From: Leptonemataceae bacterium
GTDB taxonomy: Bacteria; Spirochaetota; Leptospiria; Leptospirales; Leptonemataceae
NCBI GenBank assembly: GCA_965227295.1
Contig: OZ245742.1
Coordinates: forward strand, 1,632,001-1,696,000
Length of the DNA: 64,000 nucleotides
Direction of reading: 5' to 3'
Shown here: piece by piece, positions 59,836 through 64,000 of the stretch
How positions within the stretch are numbered: position 1 is the first letter of the stretch
Layout of the letters: each line of letters opens with the position of its first letter
The notes under the pieces: generated by a model
The model's database searches: none
Told to the model about the DNA's origin: nothing
Seen by the model: only the letters and a program-made list of their open reading frames with translations
Made by a program: the position numbers and the translations under genes

Positions 59836-60019
59836 GAGTCTCTCGCCCCCGAGACCCCGAAGCATAGCGCATATGACGATGGGTTGCAACCAGGAAATCG
59901 GCGCGAAAGCGAATTCTTGAATCTTTTTTATAAGTCTTTCACGGTCCTGGAATATTTGCAAGGCGAGCGTCACTATCTCGTGCGCCGTGACAATGCGGTG
60001 CACATGTAACGAAAGCGGA

Positions 60020-60790
60020 CTACTTGCGCGCAATGATCGATGTAAAGCCGTGAGTGGTTTGATCGTGTGCGACGGTGAAGCCCGCCCGCGTGAGTTCTTC
60101 GAGTACGAAGCTTCGCCCCAGGCGCAGCTTGCGGTAACAGTTCTTCTTGAGTTGCCAGGATTGATCCTCGCTCTCCCGTACGTAGATGAGGTCGTGGACG
60201 CGCACGTGTTCCGTTTCGTACTCAAGGAAGCAGGTGAAGACCCGGAGCGCATCGCTCTGTACGGGAAGGAAGCGATCCAGGCCGGTGAGTTCTCCGCTGA
60301 GATCGCGGAAGCCGAGGACCAGTCGGCCGCCGGGGGCAAGTCCGGCATGGGCGTTCGTGAACAACTGCCGCACGTCGGCGAAGCTCTGGAGATGGGTGAG
60401 TGTGTCCCCCATGCATACGACCAGTTCCGCCGTCTGGTCGTGCAGGTGTGCGGGGAAGTTTCGCAGGTCGTCTTCGATGGTGCGGATGCGGGACGGTTCC
60501 ACCGCTTCTGCCGCGGCGTTCTGCCGGAGTTCGGCGAGCAGGTGGGTGCTCAGGTCCAGGGCGAGGACCTGGTAATCGTCCCGGGCCAGGGGAATGGCCT
60601 GAAAACCGGAACCGGCGCCGAGGTCCACGGCCAGTGCGCCGGGCGACGGGGCGGGTACGAGTCCGTGCTCGTGAAAGAATGCTTCGTTCTCGGCGAGTTT
60701 TTTCGCGAGCCCGCCGTAGAGCCAGGTATAATGTTCGGCGAGCAGAGTTTCGTAGTGATGTTTGACCGCGTCCGTTCCTGTCTCCTGCAT
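60020..60790 (-). CDS. Class I SAM-dependent methyltransferase
   Basis: HYETLLAEHYTWLYG, AVDLGAGSGFQAIPLA, ALDLS, VCMGDTLTHL, LAPGGRLVL. Confidence 0.9.
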   Translation of the reverse strand: MQETGTDAVKHHYETLLAEHYTWLYGGLAKKLAENEAFFHEHGLVPAPSPGALAVDLGAGSGFQAIPLARDDYQVLALDLSTHLLAELRQNAAAEAVEPSRIRTIEDDLRNFPAHLHDQTAELVVCMGDTLTHLQSFADVRQLFTNAHAGLAPGGRLVLGFRDLSGELTGLDRFLPVQSDALRVFTCFLEYETEHVRVHDLIYVRESEDQSWQLKKNCYRKLRLGRSFVLEELTRAGFTVAHDQTTHGFTSIIARK

Positions 60791-60898
60791 GGAGTACGCT
60801 CTGGCCGGCGGCCGTTCGGGCGGCAAGCTGTACTTCGGAGCACTGCGTTCCGGCGGTTCCCGCGCCGATAATAAACCACAGCGCTGCCTTACGATCCC

Positions 60899-61822
60899 AT
60901 GACCGAAGTCGACATTCAAAACATGGTCAAGGTCCCCGTCGCCGTGGCGGAGGACCTCGTGAAGATCATCCGCCTGCTGGCCATGACCGGCAAGAAGGTC
61001 TTCCTGAACCACCTCTACGAGCCGTTGGACTTCGGGAACTGGAAGCGCCGGGCGAGCAACGAAACGCCGCGTAAGCTCATGGAGCGCATGGACCGCGCGC
61101 TCGAGGATGCCTCGGCGGTGCACACCATCGGTCCCCTGGGGAAACGCCTCATCTCCTCCGCCATGAACGAGTCCCTCTCCGCCCTGGGCGACTCGTGCAT
61201 CTTCTTTTTAGAAAAGATGCAACAGCACAGTAAGATCTCCGGCTCCCGGGAGGCCGTGGAGTTCGTGCGCCTGGTCCACGATCCGTTGATGGACTTTCAC
61301 GCCATGCACCGGGAGCGCAGCGAGAAGATCTTCGAAGAAGGTCTGCGCGACATTTCCGTGGACGATCTCAAAGAGGCCTTCCAGCCCGTGGACCTGGACC
61401 GCTATCGTATGAAGGTGGAGCTCCAGCGCGAGGCCCTGAATCTGATTCAGAAGATTACGGTGGCCAATCGCAACGACGACGTGGCTCGCTGTCGCAAACT
61501 CATCGCCGCGTATTTGATTAAGTACGGCGATACCGAGAACAACAACCGCGACCAGGTGGAAAAGATCATCCACGCCTTTCAGCAACGCGACGCCTCGTTT
61601 CGTTCGTCGCTGGAAGATCACATTGCCACGCAGTTATTCTACGACATTCAGAAGAGCATCTCCCAGGGCGACCTGAAACGTACGATCATGGGAATTCGCA
61701 AGTATGCGCACATTTTCGAGGGCAATCCGGACATCCGCTACTACACGGACATCGACGCCCTGGAACAGAAGTTGTACAAAATCATTACTGCTAAGGATTT
61801 GTGGAAGGAACTTAAGAAGTGA
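60899..61822 (+). CDS. Conserved-looking helical hypothetical protein
   Basis: 307-aa ORF with genome-typical codon usage and no recognised motif. Confidence 0.7.
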   Translation: MTEVDIQNMVKVPVAVAEDLVKIIRLLAMTGKKVFLNHLYEPLDFGNWKRRASNETPRKLMERMDRALEDASAVHTIGPLGKRLISSAMNESLSALGDSCIFFLEKMQQHSKISGSREAVEFVRLVHDPLMDFHAMHRERSEKIFEEGLRDISVDDLKEAFQPVDLDRYRMKVELQREALNLIQKITVANRNDDVARCRKLIAAYLIKYGDTENNNRDQVEKIIHAFQQRDASFRSSLEDHIATQLFYDIQKSISQGDLKRTIMGIRKYAHIFEGNPDIRYYTDIDALEQKLYKIITAKDLWKELKK

Positions 61823-61846
61823 TGTTCACTCGGGGCGTGTGCGAAC

Positions 61847-62587
61847 TCACTGCTCCGCGAACTTTTTTTCGAGTAAGGCCATGAGGGCGGCGGCCTGTTC
61901 GGGCGTGAGTTCTTCTTCGGCCGGGCCCAGGTGTGAATCCTTGAGATGCGAGTGCTGGTGTTCGGCCATACCGGGGGCCGCCGCTTCCATTTCCTCGGGA
62001 TAGACGACGATCGTTTTGCCGTCGCGGGTGAACGTGGTGTAGTCCTCTTTGTGGAGCTCGTGGTACTCGTTGCCGGGGACCTGGTAGTCCACCTCGCCCT
62101 CGCAGTGGCAGGTGCCGTGGATGCTGCGGCCCTGGGGATCCTTAAAGTCAAACGTGTAAAACTTAGTGCCCCGAACCCCGGCAATGGTCGTGGGCGTGTG
62201 CAGGTTGAAGGTGTGATTGCGTTGCATTTTATTTACACGGAGCCAGAGGTTGCCCTCTTTCAGGCGCAGCACCTTCTTTTCGCCGCGAATGCTCGCCACG
62301 TGAAACACGGCGTTCTTCTGAAGTTCCAGGTCCACGTCGCCGCCCATCATCTTCGCCAGCATGAGGCCGTCCGCGCCGGTCTTTACGATGTCGCCTTCCA
62401 GCAGGGGCATATCCTTTTTCAAGGCCAGGCTTTCCTCGCCGCGTTCGACCGTGACTGAGCCCTGGCTGCGGAGGACGATGCCGTCGACTTCGCTGTCCTG
62501 GGTGGAGCCGCCGCAGGCCGGAAGCAGGGCGGTGCAAAAGGTTACGAAAAACGTTACGCGGAAGAAGACGTTCAGGTTTGACTGCAT
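61847..62587 (-). CDS. FecR-domain lipoprotein
   Basis: Lipobox LLPAC, GSVTVER, L.EGDIVKTGADG, LKEGNLW, TPTTIAGVRGTKF. Confidence 0.85.
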   Translation of the reverse strand: MQSNLNVFFRVTFFVTFCTALLPACGGSTQDSEVDGIVLRSQGSVTVERGEESLALKKDMPLLEGDIVKTGADGLMLAKMMGGDVDLELQKNAVFHVASIRGEKKVLRLKEGNLWLRVNKMQRNHTFNLHTPTTIAGVRGTKFYTFDFKDPQGRSIHGTCHCEGEVDYQVPGNEYHELHKEDYTTFTRDGKTIVVYPEEMEAAAPGMAEHQHSHLKDSHLGPAEEELTPEQAAALMALLEKKFAEQ

Positions 62588-62716
62588 GACTGTAGTGTGC
62601 GGGCGGCGCGGCGGATGGCAAGCAGAATCCGCGGCCCCGTGATTTTCGCGGCGAAGATCTGCCGCGAGCGTAAAAATTCCCTTTCCATTTTTGCCGGGCT
62701 TCGGGAAACTACGGCC

Positions 62717-63058
62717 ATGTCCGATTTCCAGATCGCCAAAAAAGAGCAGGGCGGCATTGTGTTGCTGCAAATCGCGGGGAAGCTCGACGCGAAGTCCGCG
62801 CCGGCGTTGAGCGCCGAGTTGAAGAGCCTCATCGGCACGGGGAAAAATAAGATCGTTTGCGACATGAGCAAGGTCGCCTACATCGCCTCGGCGGGGGTGG
62901 GCACCCTGAAGGCGGCGTTGGTGGATGCGAAGAAAGCCGGCGGCGACGTGCGCCTGGCATCGCTCCAGAAAGAAGTCAAAGACGTCTTCGATGTGCTGGG
63001 CTTCACCGCGTTGTTTACGATCGGATCGGACGTGGCTTCCGCGGCGAAGGGGCTCTGA
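62717..63058 (+). CDS. STAS-domain anti-sigma-factor antagonist
   Basis: IAGKLDAKSAP, IVCDMSKVAYIASAGVG.L, GGDVRLASL...VKDVFDVLGF. Confidence 0.92.
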   Translation: MSDFQIAKKEQGGIVLLQIAGKLDAKSAPALSAELKSLIGTGKNKIVCDMSKVAYIASAGVGTLKAALVDAKKAGGDVRLASLQKEVKDVFDVLGFTALFTIGSDVASAAKGL

Positions 63059-63073
63059 AGCGCAGGCGCCGAT

Positions 63074-63490
63074 TTGAAGAAGTCCCTCGTCATCCGCAAC
63101 GACTTCGACGAGCTGGCGCGCGTTCGTGACGAACTCAAGGCCTTCCTCGGCGACTCCTTCGATCGCCTGGATACGAACCGCATCGTCCTTTCCGTGGACG
63201 AGGCTCTCGCGAACATCGTCGAGCACGCCTACGACGACGATCCCGCCGGCAGCATCGATCTATCCATGGAGCGCGTCGGCGATGAGCGGGTCGTCTTCAT
63301 ACTGGAAGACCGCGGCCCGCTCTTCGATCCGACGCAATTGCCCGCGCCGAACTTAGAAGAGCGCAGCCACGACACCGGCGAAGGCGGCCTGGGGGTGTTC
63401 CTCTATATGACGCTCATGGACGAGGCCCGGCACGAAGAGCGCGAGGGCGGCGGCAACCGGCTCATTCTGACGAAGGCGCTCTCTGATTAG
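63074..63490 (+). CDS. RsbW/SpoIIAB-like anti-sigma factor Ser kinase (HATPase_c_2)
   Basis: LSVDEALANIVEHAY, LEDRGPLFDP, GGLGVFL...LMDE, GGNRLILTK. Confidence 0.92.
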   Translation: MKKSLVIRNDFDELARVRDELKAFLGDSFDRLDTNRIVLSVDEALANIVEHAYDDDPAGSIDLSMERVGDERVVFILEDRGPLFDPTQLPAPNLEERSHDTGEGGLGVFLYMTLMDEARHEEREGGGNRLILTKALSD

Positions 63491-63523
63491 CTTTTTCTTG
63501 CAAGATGTTAGCGCGGTAATCTT

Positions 63524-64000
63524 ATGAACGCTCCGAATTTTTTGAAAAACCTCCGTCTGGGTCTGGCGGGCAAGCTCGCTTTGTTTACGGGCATTATGCT
63601 CTTTGCGCTCACCTCCGTGATCCTGGCCATCGTTTTCAAACAACAGAGCACGGCGCTCTCGGAATCCGCTGAACGTGAGGTCAAGCGCTTTCTTTCGCCG
63701 GTGGAGACGCTCACGCTGGAGATCGATCAGACCGTGGAGAACCTGATCCGCCTGGAAGAACTGCGCATTCGCATCGACCGGCACGAGCGGCGGAATCGCG
63801 GACAGCAAACGACGTACTACAATCGCTTCTTCGATGAAGATCACATTAAGTTAGCGGAGAAGGAATTTCGCGAGCGCATTCGTCCTTCGCAGCGCAGTGA
63901 GTCCCTCGACGAAAAACGTTTTGAGTATCTGCAACGCCGGGCCCGCTGGTTCGCGTACAATCCGGCGCGCACGCCTGCCTACGCAAAGAACCGGCGAAGC
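63524..64000 (+). CDS. Membrane sensor protein, N-terminal fragment (runs off the window end)
   Basis: Manual translation MNAPNFLKNLRLGLAGKLALFTGIMLFALTSVILAIVFKQQ... stays open to the window end. Follows STAS and RsbW genes, so possibly a HAMP/PP2C protein (inference). Confidence 0.6.
   Translation, partial: MNAPNFLKNLRLGLAGKLALFTGIMLFALTSVILAIVFKQQSTALSESAEREVKRFLSPVETLTLEIDQTVENLIRLEELRIRIDRHERRNRGQQTTYYNRFFDEDHIKLAEKEFRERIRPSQRSESLDEKRFEYLQRRARWFAYNPARTPAYAKNRRS

Overview
A 64-kb, GC-rich bacterial chromosomal segment, most consistent with a Leptospiraceae/Leptospirales spirochaete. That assignment is inferred from the FlgD-Ig/OmpA protein, a DUF1577-like PilZ protein, a long RodA, cheX, and many STAS/PP2C genes; no marker-gene search was run. 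Housekeeping content: hslO (partial), transketolase C-terminal subunit, metK, the mreB-mreC-mreD-mrdA-rodA cluster, a SurA-like protein with cheX, a phosphosugar mutase, ilvE, pepN, ald and purF. Signalling genes are dense: an MCP, a hybrid histidine kinase, an HDOD protein, two PP2C phosphatases, two STAS proteins, an RsbW-like kinase and a class III adenylate cyclase. I saw no rRNA, complete tRNA, CRISPR array, transposase, integrase or phage gene. The most notable observations are: (1) a 166-bp MITE-like element with perfect 17-bp TIRs and TTA direct repeats, related to a dispersed CCGAGG/CAGAG repeat; (2) a candidate ~50-nt anti-Shine-Dalgarno sRNA lying antisense to a small ORF; (3) a frameshifted MarR gene; (4) a DUF4430 + DUF6580 putative B12-uptake pair; (5) a membrane glycosyltransferase-like protein fused to a GspG-like domain; (6) an Ig/IPT protein with a tandemly duplicated membrane module next to a secreted beta/gamma-crystallin protein; (7) an orphan ribbon-helix-helix regulator in an AT-rich, palindrome-rich spacer. 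None of these is established as a new system from sequence alone; all need the checks listed.
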